A DNA stretch of 64,000 bases from an uncultured virus (IMG/VR IMGVR_UViG_3300037112_000094) (Duplodnaviria; Heunggongvirae; Uroviricota; Caudoviricetes), in IMG/VR virus record IMGVR_UViG_3300037112_000094, positions 1-64,000 of that record; one strand, written 5' to 3'. The position numbers were made by a program, and so were the translations under genes. Of the stretch, positions 54,264 through 64,000 are shown piece by piece (position 1 is the first letter of the stretch; each line of letters opens with the position of its first letter). A model generated the notes under the pieces. It was not told the DNA's origin. It did not search any database and saw only the letters and a list, made by a program, of their open reading frames with translations.

Positions 54264-55592
54264 TCAAAAAATCTGTGAAAGTTTCTTCCCGATTGGCACA
54301 CCCAGACCAGTGCATGGGCTCGGCTTCGGCCCAGCTTCGTACTGGCCGTTACCGCCCGTGGTAATGAGCGTGAAAGAGGGTGGATGATCCCAAAGCCTTG
54401 TCGAGATGAATCCAACCTTCCTACCCCACGCCGCGAACAGGCCAGCGTACAACGGTGCCACGGCGCTCGTTCCTCCAACAATCTGTTGCTGCCCCCCTTG
54501 AAAAATTAGGTACCCAGTATCGGGATCGGCGTTGGCGGCAAGATCGGGGACCATGCGGCCCAGACCTTTGGGCGCTGGAGGGATGTCTACTTGCCAAGCC
54601 TGAGCCGGGAAAATGGTGGAATATCCGCCGCCAGTTCCAGAGCCGTCCGTTTTGCCGGGGTTGTTATTCCAAACCGTCTCGCTGCTTGCTGTCTTCGACG
54701 TGCCGCCGCATCCCACCACGTGCGGGCATGACGCTGGGCAATCCACGTTGGCGGCATTGCGACCGCCGTCGCTTGAATCATTGTCTCCGGAAGCGGCAAA
54801 CACTACCATCCCGGCATCGGTCGCGGCCTTTGCTGCAGCATCCATTTGCTTGCAAGCTTCCGATCCCCATGCGGCTTCGTCAGCGCCCCACGAGATAGAG
54901 CAAACGGCGCAGCCATCCTTGGAAGCCTTGGCGACCGCCGAAGCAATGTCCTGTGACCAGTACACGCGAATGGTGGCTGGCTTGCCGGTGGCCACGAAGT
55001 AGGCGGCACCCGCGACCTCAATATCGAGAGCAACCTCCATATCATTGTCGTTACCCGGAGAATTCTTCGTTCCATCGACCGACACATCTGTCAGAGATGG
55101 CGATGGCTGGTCGATGGACTGGAAGTAGGCGTCAATGTCCGATTGCACCCACCCGCCGCCAAGCTCCACGATCCCGATGGTTCCTCCCCCTTTCAGACCG
55201 GTCGGCCACTCGTAGGCAGCGCAAAGGTCATCAACTTCCCACGCACCAGACGCGGTCGGGACTCCAGCGGCAAGGCGCTTCACGTATGGATGACAGTTGA
55301 ATCGCGGCGACAGCGGCTTCACGTTCGTCTGGTTCAACGGCGGCGCGAGTGGAGGCGGCGTGGTGCCCTTCCCGTAGCCGAGCACGCCAGCCAAGACGGA
55401 GAAAAACCCAGCGGCGCTTATGAGGTATGGTTGGTACTTGGCCGGAATCACCGAACTTGGAAGCGCCGCTAAAATGGCAGCGACGCCACCTATGATCCCT
55501 GTGATTGTCAGCAAGGTATTTGGTTTGGTTCCAAATGCGCGTTCAAGGATGCTGGCGACCAATTGAGCAAGTAGCTGAATCCAGTTTCCCAT
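54264..55592 (-). CDS. S53 (sedolisin/kumamolisin-like) peptidase with N-terminal membrane segments
   Basis: EVALD, SISWG, AASGD, GGTSAVAP, CTGLG. Confidence 0.9.
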   Translation of the reverse strand: MGNWIQLLAQLVASILERAFGTKPNTLLTITGIIGGVAAILAALPSSVIPAKYQPYLISAAGFFSVLAGVLGYGKGTTPPPLAPPLNQTNVKPLSPRFNCHPYVKRLAAGVPTASGAWEVDDLCAAYEWPTGLKGGGTIGIVELGGGWVQSDIDAYFQSIDQPSPSLTDVSVDGTKNSPGNDNDMEVALDIEVAGAAYFVATGKPATIRVYWSQDIASAVAKASKDGCAVCSISWGADEAAWGSEACKQMDAAAKAATDAGMVVFAASGDNDSSDGGRNAANVDCPASCPHVVGCGGTSKTASSETVWNNNPGKTDGSGTGGGYSTIFPAQAWQVDIPPAPKGLGRMVPDLAANADPDTGYLIFQGGQQQIVGGTSAVAPLYAGLFAAWGRKVGFISTRLWDHPPSFTLITTGGNGQYEAGPKPSPCTGLGVPIGKKLSQIF

Positions 55593-55606
55593 CTCTTTCA
55601 CCTTTC

Positions 55607-55945
55607 CTAACGGTCGGAAAACCCATCGTGCTTCGAAGGACTCGGAAGCGGAATCCTGCTTGTATGCTCATCATGCAGCAGTGTGATCACGATATTCTGC
55701 TCCTCGTTGATCGTATAAATCTGGTCCGAGAGCGCCGCATGTTGCTCCATGATTGCCTTCTCTCCGCTGTCGAGGCGATCCAGATGGTCGTTTATAGTGG
55801 TGAGCGTGGCTGACATATACCACGCTCCCAGAGCAGTCGTGGTGAGGGCTGAAACGAGCGCGGATATGCCCCACTTCATCCACTCAGCCATTCCTTCGCT
55901 ATTTGTTTTAGGTTCTGCCACGATTGCCTCGCTTGTCGTGCCCAC
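55607..55945 (-). CDS. single-TM coiled-coil protein, holin-like
   Basis: one hydrophobic helix then coiled coil; next to lysis genes. Confidence 0.45.
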   Translation of the reverse strand: MGTTSEAIVAEPKTNSEGMAEWMKWGISALVSALTTTALGAWYMSATLTTINDHLDRLDSGEKAIMEQHAALSDQIYTINEEQNIVITLLHDEHTSRIPLPSPSKHDGFSDR

Positions 55946-55986
55946 TTTCTTACCTTTCTCGAACGTAATTATAGATCGCGTTCAAC

Positions 55987-56523
55987 TTACAGACGTGGGT
56001 ATGAAATCTTAACTGTTGGACGTACCGCAACAGGAATCGAGTTGCTTGCGACTTGCTGTTCCGAAGCGTCTGGAAAAAGCGGAGGTGCAAGCTCGGCCAC
56101 AGATGTTACCGAAGGCTGTCCCGGCGTGCCCGGATAGAGCGCAATCAACACGGGTGCTGACGCAGGAGAAGGTGCTCCGGTTGCTGGTTGTCCTCCAGTT
56201 GGCGTCTCCACAAACTGTACCGTGTAGGCTTCGTATACTCCGGTCGGTGGCGCTGTGTCGGTGTACGTGTTTGTGGTGAGCGGGGAACTCGCCGTCTGTT
56301 TTGGCGTGTACGGTCCACTGCTGGATGGTGTTGGGCATACTGTGGCGCTCGTGCATGTGGCCGAACTGACGATGTAGCCGCAGCTATATCCAGTCGGGCA
56401 TGGGAGAGCAGTCCAATTTACAGTTGCCGATGGCGGTGGCGAGACCGGGGCCTGTGGCTTACAGCCAGCGGCTGCGAAAAGCAAAATCAGCAATGATGCG
56501 AACTTCAGATTTATCGACTTCAT
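55987..56523 (-). CDS. lipoprotein with FN3-like domain
   Basis: AAAGC lipobox; VNW..YTD...YTV. Confidence 0.65.
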   Translation of the reverse strand: MKSINLKFASLLILLFAAAGCKPQAPVSPPPSATVNWTALPCPTGYSCGYIVSSATCTSATVCPTPSSSGPYTPKQTASSPLTTNTYTDTAPPTGVYEAYTVQFVETPTGGQPATGAPSPASAPVLIALYPGTPGQPSVTSVAELAPPLFPDASEQQVASNSIPVAVRPTVKISYPRL

Positions 56524-56534
56524 AGAACTCCTCC

Positions 56535-56900
56535 CTACGGGTTGAACTTTACGGTTGGTTTAGACGGTGATGGCGGTAAGGCTGGAACTACGACACTAGC
56601 CACGTTCGAAGGCGCGCTTGTCACTCCACTCGCATCGACACTCTCGACAATGTAGTCGTAGGTAGATGCTTGAACTGTCAGATCGCTATAGGTAGTTGAC
56701 GTGATCGCTGTTGTATTGAGTTGCTGATATGAAGTTCCTCCGCTTGGAGCGCGGAAGGCGTCATAACTGGAAACGGGATCAGGAGAACTTAGCGGCGCAT
56801 CCCACGTCAGATTCACTTCGCACGTCGTCACCTTCGCCTGGCACACGGCAAGCGGGGCCGCAAGAGCCAGAACCGAGAGTGCCGCGAAAATGCGTTTCAT
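56535..56900 (-). CDS. exported FN3-domain protein
   Basis: signal peptide; LTWDAP...Y..FR...YSD...YDYIVESVD.SG..SAPSN. Confidence 0.8.
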   Translation of the reverse strand: MKRIFAALSVLALAAPLAVCQAKVTTCEVNLTWDAPLSSPDPVSSYDAFRAPSGGTSYQQLNTTAITSTTYSDLTVQASTYDYIVESVDASGVTSAPSNVASVVVPALPPSPSKPTVKFNP

Positions 56901-56915
56901 GTGTCTCCTTATTTG

Positions 56916-59900
56916 TCAGATGACGCTCGTGCTAAGCAGATTTATCTCTGCAATGGTCCCTAATCCGCTATAGAAAGCAATCCCCCCAAAATCAATTGTG
57001 CCGACTGTCTGAGTTCCTATCGTCTGATAGGTAGCGCCTCCGTCAGTCGAAACCAGATATGAGAGAATCGTCCCTGAAACAGACAGCTTCAAATGAATAC
57101 TTGATCCAAACCACTCCGCGCCCTGATAAACAACACTACTCACAAAAGATGGGGCAACCGATCCGGGGCAAGTGCTTGTACAGTTATATTCTCCGATTTG
57201 GAGCGTTGCTGTAGAGAGAGAGGCATTTCCCTGCTGCCAACTCAGTGACCACACTAACCCATTTGTGTTGTCGTGAATCCAGATTCCTCCATTGCAATTA
57301 TTCGTGCCAACAGCGGCGCACAGTTGCCTGAAATCAATATCGATAGAACTGCTCAATGAAATTTTCGACCAATAATTTGTAGTCGCCGCAGTAGAGCTAA
57401 GAACGACATTCCCGTTCGTTCCGTTTGTGCAAGTCGGCCCTGTGCCAATGAAAACCTGAGAAGCGCATATCACTGGTTTTGTCACAGCAAACATATCGGG
57501 GTCGTAGAATGTCGAGCCAATTTCGATGTATGGCGGCGCGGCTACTACAGTTGATCCTCCTCCAGCAGCCGCCGTATAGCAAGGATTCGGGGTGCTTGCG
57601 GTCGTGTACTGCAAATTCTGCCCCGTCGTCGGTGTAAAGCCGGTGCAGAAAGGGACGCCATTCAGTTGGTTTGCGCTGACTGTCCCCGTGCCGCTCGGAG
57701 CTAAGCTGGCTCCCGAACCAACGGCCATCGCAGCACTCGTATTGGTCCCGCTGGAGATGGCAGAAAAAGCAGTCGTCGTGGTGGCCGCAACGCCAACCTG
57801 CGCAGCCATAACCACAGTTGGCGTGCCAACGACGGTCCCGGTCGTGACAACTTGAATATCCAGCAAATCGAGCGATGCCGTCGTAAAGCTGTGCGTCGTG
57901 TCTGAGCATGAAGTAGCCGATGCTCCGCTGATCGTACAGGTGAGCGTTTGGCTCGAAGCATTCTTGCGCCAAGTGAAAGCAATCGAATTTCCAACGCCCG
58001 GGGCGGTGCTCAATTGCACCGTCATGTTCTGAATGGTGACCGCTGCCGGTGAATCGATATCCACATTCGTCTCGGTCGCACTCGACAAGCCGCCGCCGCC
58101 GATAGGGAAGTACAACGTCCCGGTAAAAGTCAGCGCCGGTCCCGAATAGGTGACGATGCCTGCGCCCGTCCCAGCCGCCGCAATAGCCGCCTGCACGAAA
58201 GCCGTGGTAGCAAGCTGCGTCGTGTTCGTGCCCCCCGTCGCAGTAGGGGCCGCTGGCGTTCCTGTGAAGGTCGGACTGGCCTTCGGAGCCAGCGATGAGA
58301 GGAGCGTGCTGCTATCCTGCTGTGTGCCAGCCGTGTCCACGTAGGTCACTACATCTCCTGCCACAGTTGCAGAAGTTGGTCCCGATGCCAGCCCCGCTCC
58401 AGTACCCGCAATAGCCTTGCTGCTGGTGATCGTGCTGGATGACCCAGCGACACCAACCTGAGTCGCTGTCATGCCCGAGAGGCCCGAGCTACCGCTAGCA
58501 CAGCCGCTGGTTGTCAACGCGCCGCCCGTTCCGTGTGGGCATATGGGGCTTGTCGAAGGAGAAAGCCCTTGAATGACAACATTTCCGTTGCCATCAATCG
58601 ATAAACCGTTTGCCCCATACAATCCGAAAATCGCATAGTTAGAAGCTGAGCCCGCACCGGCATAATAAAATTGCATTCTCAACACATCGTTCGTTGCATT
58701 ATCTCTTCCGAGGTCTTCCTTTATCGAATAGCCCGTTGGCATATTCGGGCCTAACACGCCAAAAATGGGGTAGTTAAAAGCCGTGCTCGAACTGCTAGGC
58801 TCCTGCACCGCCGCCGTAGAAGGATAATGATTTCCGCTGTTTTGACTAGTGCTGTTGAAGGTACTTGGAGAATCTGAATTGACAGTCAGGTGTTGGTAAC
58901 CGAATAGCGTTCCCAAAGACATGATCTGCGAGCCGAGAGTGCTTCCCGATGAAGCGGAAAACCACTGATAGGTGTAAACAGAATCGTAAGTGGGAATCTG
59001 CATGAAGCCGTTACCTACCCCCGCGACTCCGGGTGCCGAACCAAAATAGTCGCTCCGCTTGTCCAGTGGGTCACTCACGCCGGAGAGCAGCACATTCGCA
59101 ATCTTTGCCGCTGCCAGGTTCACGCCGCCTGGGCCGAATCCGCCGTTCCCGGCAACGAGCGATGAGTTTCCCGGATCGTTGACCACACGAGCCACATCAA
59201 CGAAACCATCCCAATACTGGCCGCTGGCCTGATTCGCCGCGCTCTTCCCTTGAAGAGGCAGCCATTGTTCCAGCGCGATCAGGGTCTGGTAGCCGGAGGA
59301 GCAGATTCCGAGGCCGGTCTGCCCGAGGTTGACGGCGTTCGTGCTCCAGACCACCACAGAGCTGCTGTCGGCATGTACCTGCGCCCATAGGGAGTTAAGC
59401 GCCGCCTCGATCGTTGCAGCCGAAGTGCAACCGTTCGCAAAGGCATCGTTTTCTAACTGCCCGAAGATGAAGTAGGTCGGCTGGCCGGTCACTGCCTCGC
59501 TCAGTGGGTGCAGGATTGTCGAGTAATAGGTGTTGAGCGCCTGCTCGGTGACAGGATTCGGGATCACCACATAGGGCGTCAGTTTGCCACTGAGCCCGGC
59601 CAGATTCGCCGTGTTGAAAGGCAGGTTATATGTGGCCTTGGCTGCGACGCCGCAGGTTGAGGCGCAGGTGCCGCTGCTGGCAAAACTAAACTCAAACTGC
59701 GTAGAACTTAAGCCGGATGAGAGTACCTTGAAAAGCGTGTATCCGGTCGAATAGCTGATGTCGGTCGGTGCTGAGAAGGTCGAAGTCCACGCGCTCGAGA
59801 AACGCATGTTGACCCAATCGCCAGCGGCCAGGTTGTTCGTCCCGCTGTTTGTCACCGTGCATGTGACGCCCGTGCAGGTGAATCCCGTCAAGGCGAACGT

Positions 59901-60914
59901 CGGCTCGATCACGTTGCCGTCGTCATCGTTGACGCTGTCTCCGGCAAAGATTCCATTAGCCGGTGTAAATCCTCCGCCACCGCCACTCGAATAGACCGGG
60001 ATGTTGAGCGCGCCGGTCACCGTGTTAAAGGCAGCCGCGCCACTCGACCCCGTAGTCGTCAGCGATGACACGCACGGCATATCCCCGAATACCGGCCCCG
60101 CGACGCCGCCGAGACAAAGGTTCAGTTGAGGGGGAAGGCCAGTAGGTGTATTCGTTCCGTTAGAAATCACTAAGTCTCCCGATGTAGGCCAAGTGACGCT
60201 GCTTCCACCAGTTGAGCTAATCGTGCAGTCAGTCGAATTATTTCCGGGATTATCCACGCAGCTTACCGTGGAGTTGGAACCGGACTTGAGATTCAGCCTA
60301 GCCTCTTGCGTGAGGGAAACGGTGTTCGCTTGGACGGTCTGGTAGAAGAAAGCGGAGGAGAGAATAGACGGCTGACAGTCAGAACTGCTGGTGCAATTGA
60401 TGGCGTAGAGACCCGCCGCTGGATTTCCGAGAATGTTGGCTTGTGCGGCTGGCGCTGAGGTTCCACCTGTGCATCCAGCGGAGATGATGTTCGGTGAGCA
60501 TGAGCCTCCGCTTCCGGTACCGCCACTCGCAAATACATCAACAGCCGCCACAACCGGGGATGGGAATACGAGAGGTGGATCACCGCCGCTCAATTGAACG
60601 TCGTACCCTTGTCCCTGCGCCGCATAGAAGAGCCAGTGCCCGGTCTGTGTCGAAGAGATGGTCGTTGCTTTGAACGGGTTCGTAAGCGGTGTGTTGCTTC
60701 CGTCCTTGTAGATCGTCGCGAGAGTCTGGGAGTCCGTGAGGTAAACGCTGACCAGACAGTGTGGAATCACCCCTTGAAGATAATTGGATGAGTTGAGTCC
60801 GGCGATTGTGGCTTGCCTTCCACCAAGGTCGCAGTATCCCTGAATCGATCCCGTGGCCTGAGCGAGCACCGAGACTGGAGCGAGCAACGTCAGTAGGAAA
60901 ATCAGGCGCTTCAT
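56916..60914 (-). CDS. large S/T/G-rich fibre-like protein with signal peptide and possible SGNH-like domain
   Basis: MKRLIFLLTLLAPVSVLA-Q; FAGDS; SPTFTGTPAAPT...NTTQLATTAFV fibre motif. Confidence 0.65.
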   Translation of the reverse strand: MKRLIFLLTLLAPVSVLAQATGSIQGYCDLGGRQATIAGLNSSNYLQGVIPHCLVSVYLTDSQTLATIYKDGSNTPLTNPFKATTISSTQTGHWLFYAAQGQGYDVQLSGGDPPLVFPSPVVAAVDVFASGGTGSGGSCSPNIISAGCTGGTSAPAAQANILGNPAAGLYAINCTSSSDCQPSILSSAFFYQTVQANTVSLTQEARLNLKSGSNSTVSCVDNPGNNSTDCTISSTGGSSVTWPTSGDLVISNGTNTPTGLPPQLNLCLGGVAGPVFGDMPCVSSLTTTGSSGAAAFNTVTGALNIPVYSSGGGGGFTPANGIFAGDSVNDDDGNVIEPTFALTGFTCTGVTCTVTNSGTNNLAAGDWVNMRFSSAWTSTFSAPTDISYSTGYTLFKVLSSGLSSTQFEFSFASSGTCASTCGVAAKATYNLPFNTANLAGLSGKLTPYVVIPNPVTEQALNTYYSTILHPLSEAVTGQPTYFIFGQLENDAFANGCTSAATIEAALNSLWAQVHADSSSVVVWSTNAVNLGQTGLGICSSGYQTLIALEQWLPLQGKSAANQASGQYWDGFVDVARVVNDPGNSSLVAGNGGFGPGGVNLAAAKIANVLLSGVSDPLDKRSDYFGSAPGVAGVGNGFMQIPTYDSVYTYQWFSASSGSTLGSQIMSLGTLFGYQHLTVNSDSPSTFNSTSQNSGNHYPSTAAVQEPSSSSTAFNYPIFGVLGPNMPTGYSIKEDLGRDNATNDVLRMQFYYAGAGSASNYAIFGLYGANGLSIDGNGNVVIQGLSPSTSPICPHGTGGALTTSGCASGSSGLSGMTATQVGVAGSSSTITSSKAIAGTGAGLASGPTSATVAGDVVTYVDTAGTQQDSSTLLSSLAPKASPTFTGTPAAPTATGGTNTTQLATTAFVQAAIAAAGTGAGIVTYSGPALTFTGTLYFPIGGGGLSSATETNVDIDSPAAVTIQNMTVQLSTAPGVGNSIAFTWRKNASSQTLTCTISGASATSCSDTTHSFTTASLDLLDIQVVTTGTVVGTPTVVMAAQVGVAATTTTAFSAISSGTNTSAAMAVGSGASLAPSGTGTVSANQLNGVPFCTGFTPTTGQNLQYTTASTPNPCYTAAAGGGSTVVAAPPYIEIGSTFYDPDMFAVTKPVICASQVFIGTGPTCTNGTNGNVVLSSTAATTNYWSKISLSSSIDIDFRQLCAAVGTNNCNGGIWIHDNTNGLVWSLSWQQGNASLSTATLQIGEYNCTSTCPGSVAPSFVSSVVYQGAEWFGSSIHLKLSVSGTILSYLVSTDGGATYQTIGTQTVGTIDFGGIAFYSGLGTIAEINLLSTSVI

Positions 60915-60982
60915 GTTACCTCCTTACGGTGAGTGTTACCAAAACAGCGTTCCCGATAGACTTCATCCACGCGGCCAATGTT

Positions 60983-61258
60983 CTAACTCAGGCCGATGTA
61001 GGTCAAGAAGATGGTGCAATTGTTGACATTACCCGGAGCAGAAGAGAACGTCACAACGACAATTGTTCCGGAAATGCTGACGGAACTGCCGCCAATACCG
61101 AGATCGTTTACCACCGCTACTGGAGGGTTGTCATTGAATACAAGATTGAATGGAGCCTTCTTGAGATCGAACGACATCGATGTGCTTGTGCCATCTCCAG
61201 CTATGTTCATGGTTATCGAGTTAACCGTTGATGTCACATTGTTAATGCCAATAGCCAT
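60983..61258 (-). CDS. small beta-rich protein
   Basis: AGGAGG SD; GDGTSTS. Confidence 0.6.
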   Translation of the reverse strand: MAIGINNVTSTVNSITMNIAGDGTSTSMSFDLKKAPFNLVFNDNPPVAVVNDLGIGGSSVSISGTIVVVTFSSAPGNVNNCTIFLTYIGLS

Positions 61259-61273
61259 TTGATTCCTCCTGTG

Positions 61274-61684
61274 TTACCTAGTTACCATCAGTGTTACGTT
61301 AACTGCATTGGTTAAGCTGGCCATCCACCCCGCGACATACTTTGGCCATAGATTGCTCGCCATGTCGTAGCGCCAGACAAATCCATTTGTTCCGGTTTGG
61401 CCAGTAGACCCCGTGCTCTTGATGCTTGCCAGTTGGATGTAGTTCGGTGCCGCGTCAATGTTGGCACCTAAAATATCTACTTCGAAGGTTCCGGGATTTG
61501 CTGAGAAGATCACTTCAAACGAAGCTCCCCACGGGTAGAAAGCATTGTCGAGACGTTCCAGCAAAAACCCCTGACTCAGCGAACCCGGAAAGGTCCCCGC
61601 AGGAACCGTTTCCACGTTCCACAAGAATCCTTGGCGGTTGACACGAAGAAGCGTTGCTAAACCGGGTCCGGGATATGTGGGCAC
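61274..61684 (-). CDS. virion-associated hypothetical protein
   Basis: AGGAGG SD before GTG. Confidence 0.65.
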   Translation of the reverse strand: MPTYPGPGLATLLRVNRQGFLWNVETVPAGTFPGSLSQGFLLERLDNAFYPWGASFEVIFSANPGTFEVDILGANIDAAPNYIQLASIKSTGSTGQTGTNGFVWRYDMASNLWPKYVAGWMASLTNAVNVTLMVTR

Positions 61685-61755
61685 TAAAAACCTCCTTCAA
61701 GCTGCGGTAGAATGGAAAAGCGGTCGAACACCGCAATTCCATTCGAGGTGGAATC

Positions 61756-62316
61756 ATGGCCAAGCGTCCCGCCAAATACTGCGTCCAGCGAGAGCCTGTT
61801 GTCCAACCGCACGATCAGTCTATCAAAATAATCGCGCTGACTAGAGGCAAGACAACCGTTGTCGATGCAACCGACTACGAAAGGTTGATGATAAAAAACT
61901 GGGTTGCTCTCTGGGACGATCACACGAAATGCTTTTATGCCAGAGGCACGCATGGTGGAACGGGAATGCACCGATACATTCTTGGCATAACCGATCCAAA
62001 TGTGCAGGTAGACCACTGGGATGGCGATACTCTTAACAACCGCAGAATCAATCTTCGTGTGACCAATCAAAACGGCAACCGCCAAAATCGCGGCGTCTAC
62101 AAGAACACAAACAGCGGCCACGCTGGAGTTTCTTGGCGCGAACGAGATCAGGTCTGGATTGTGTACATAAACACTAATGGTAAACGCACTTATCTTGGAC
62201 AGTATAAAGAAGATGACAAACAAAAAGCCATAGATCGGCGCGTCGAGGCCGAACGCGAACAGCATGGCGAATTTGCTTTTGCGAATCGTCATAAAATTAC
62301 CACATGCCCACGTTAG
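61756..62316 (+). CDS. HNH-AP2 homing endonuclease, antisense to the operon
   Basis: MHRYILG...VDHWDGDTLNNRRINLR; SGHAGVSW...YLGQY. Confidence 0.9.
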   Translation: MAKRPAKYCVQREPVVQPHDQSIKIIALTRGKTTVVDATDYERLMIKNWVALWDDHTKCFYARGTHGGTGMHRYILGITDPNVQVDHWDGDTLNNRRINLRVTNQNGNRQNRGVYKNTNSGHAGVSWRERDQVWIVYINTNGKRTYLGQYKEDDKQKAIDRRVEAEREQHGEFAFANRHKITTCPR

Positions 62317-63541
62317 CGCTGCCGTTTGTGTTCGTGAACGGCTCGCCTGCGTTGAACGGTACGCTCATTCCGGCCTTTGTGAAGTACAACTCCATCAAGT
62401 GCCGGTCCATAATCCTGATCTGTCTCAGCAAGTCCTTGTACTCCTCGTGATGAGCCTGAACAAGGAATTGCCAGTTTGCTCCGGAGCCGCGCTCCATGTC
62501 GTCGCCCTTCTGAGATTCCTTCCACAGCGACACCATCTCGTAAGCTCTCTCCTTCACAAGCTCTTCGGTGAGAGGGTACGGAAGAGTATCGGTAGGAGCC
62601 GTTAGCGCAGGCCAATTGGCTTGGCACGCGAACGTGTAAGGCAACTGGGTAATCGGATGCGGCCACAACTCGAAAAGCATCTGGCCGAGCGTCGGGCTCC
62701 CCGGCCTGTTGTCGATCTGAAACGGAACAACGTACTCAGGCTGGTCGAATATCTCGCGCTGTGGGTCCTCTTCCGAAAGATCAATCTGCGTGTAATCCCA
62801 CCAGTTCATCGCCTCGTCGTTGGTTGTGTCCCTAATGTTGAACCAGCGCTTAAAGTTCGGCGGCGCTGGATAGTAGGCTTGGTAGATCGCATACGGGCCG
62901 TTGAATTGCGGAGGCTCCATCCAAGGCCGGTCAATCGTGATCGTCGCGATCAGCGTGACCGAGAACGTGGCCGGAGTTCCTCCCTCGGCGAACGTGATCG
63001 ATGGGGTCTGGTAGTTGCTTCCCACAGCATTGACAATCGTCGGAAGCGTAACCGCCCCGCTCGCGTCGACGGTGATGATGACGGTCGCTGCCGCGCCGCC
63101 GCCGCTAAGGTCTGTGATCGGCACGGTGTAGGTTCCCGGCGTCTGTCCCGAGCCCGGAGTGAGCGTCGTGACGTATGCGACCGTCCCGTTGTTCCCCAAA
63201 GCGATGATGTTGTAGAGCGAGTAGTTTGGGCACCTGATCTGCTGCTGGGTGAGGAACGGAGGATAGGGGATTGGCGCGACCCACGCCATCGTCGCGGCCA
63301 CGTCGGCGGTGATGGTTGTGCTGAATGGATTGACCGTGATCGTGCCGGGGCTCAGGAACGAGTTTTGGGAGGTTGGTCCCCCGAGAAGATTAGCGGTTAA
63401 CCATCCTCCGGTGATGCACTGGAAGGAAAAAACGTTCTCATTTTGTATTTTCTGAAATGCCTCGTTAATCCTTGTCGCGGCAAGCCCGCGATTCATTCCC
63501 GGCACTCCAAGCATCTCTTGCACCATGTTCACGAAGGCCAT
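62297..63541 (-). CDS. virion structural protein
   Basis: 414-aa ORF with GGAGG SD in the structural operon. Confidence 0.6.
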   Translation of the reverse strand: MAFVNMVQEMLGVPGMNRGLAATRINEAFQKIQNENVFSFQCITGGWLTANLLGGPTSQNSFLSPGTITVNPFSTTITADVAATMAWVAPIPYPPFLTQQQIRCPNYSLYNIIALGNNGTVAYVTTLTPGSGQTPGTYTVPITDLSGGGAAATVIITVDASGAVTLPTIVNAVGSNYQTPSITFAEGGTPATFSVTLIATITIDRPWMEPPQFNGPYAIYQAYYPAPPNFKRWFNIRDTTNDEAMNWWDYTQIDLSEEDPQREIFDQPEYVVPFQIDNRPGSPTLGQMLFELWPHPITQLPYTFACQANWPALTAPTDTLPYPLTEELVKERAYEMVSLWKESQKGDDMERGSGANWQFLVQAHHEEYKDLLRQIRIMDRHLMELYFTKAGMSVPFNAGEPFTNTNGSANVGMW

Positions 63542-63616
63542 TTAACTGCCTCCGATCATGGTAAAATCAGAAATCAGTGCGGCTCTCTGCTGCACAATCT
63601 CTTTCACGGAGAGACT

Positions 63617-64000
63617 ATGGAGCCCAGAGTGAAACGTCACCCTGTTGAGCAGCCGCTCGATCAGTCTATCAAACTCATTCCCCTCACAAAAGGTAAAACG
63701 GCCAGAGTTGATGCCTCTGAGTACGAGAGAATTAGCGCTAATAATTGGATGGCGACTTGGAATAAGTACACACGTTCCTACTATGCCCGCCGCTACAGCA
63801 AAGTCAAGGATGGACCGCCAAGACGTATGATCGCCATGCAGAACGAAGTCATGAGCAATGGAAAGATAAATGACCATGCAGACCGCAATACTCTGAATAA
63901 CGTGAAGAGCAATTTGCGTCCATCCACAGTTTCCCAAAATGGCGGGAACTGTGAGAAGAGAAAACACAATACGTCTGGATATAAAGGTGTGGTTTGGAAC
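63617..64000 (+). CDS. HNH-AP2 homing endonuclease, partial; paralogue of 61756-62316
   Basis: own translation: MEPRVKRHPVEQPLDQSIKLIPLTKGK...DHADRNTLNNVKSNLR...SGYKGV. Confidence 0.85.
   Translation, partial: MEPRVKRHPVEQPLDQSIKLIPLTKGKTARVDASEYERISANNWMATWNKYTRSYYARRYSKVKDGPPRRMIAMQNEVMSNGKINDHADRNTLNNVKSNLRPSTVSQNGGNCEKRKHNTSGYKGVVWN

Overview
A 64-kb segment of a large tailed phage or prophage. An Acidobacteriota-like host is only an inference from protein style. The left part (1.1-19.2 kb) is a translation-support island on the minus strand: 38 tRNA genes covering all 20 amino acids plus one atypical tRNA-like gene, in four transcription units, mixed with HNH/GIY-YIG endonucleases, a Ro60/TROVE-like vWA protein, a Pth2-like gene and an IS608-like IS200/IS605 element. 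Main discovery: three tRNA operons each begin with a sigma70-type promoter, a leaderless or near-leaderless 22-29 aa leader ORF, and a terminator/antiterminator pair. Each leader's codons are almost exactly those read by the tRNAs of its own operon. This looks like ribosome-mediated attenuation that senses loss of specific tRNAs and turns on replacements. Other notable items: (1) seven Y-RNA-like modules fused to tRNA parts in different permutations upstream of the Ro-like gene; (2) five ORFs whose stop codons lie inside or beyond the next tRNA; (3) a Pth2-like gene with an amber stop at codon 3; (4) antisense HNH genes whose opposite strand stays open, one nested in-frame in a polyvalent protein. 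The right part holds glycosyl/methyltransferases, a PD-(D/E)XK nuclease, probable virion/ejected proteins, tail proteins and lysis/envelope genes. All calls come from reading the sequence; no database search was run.
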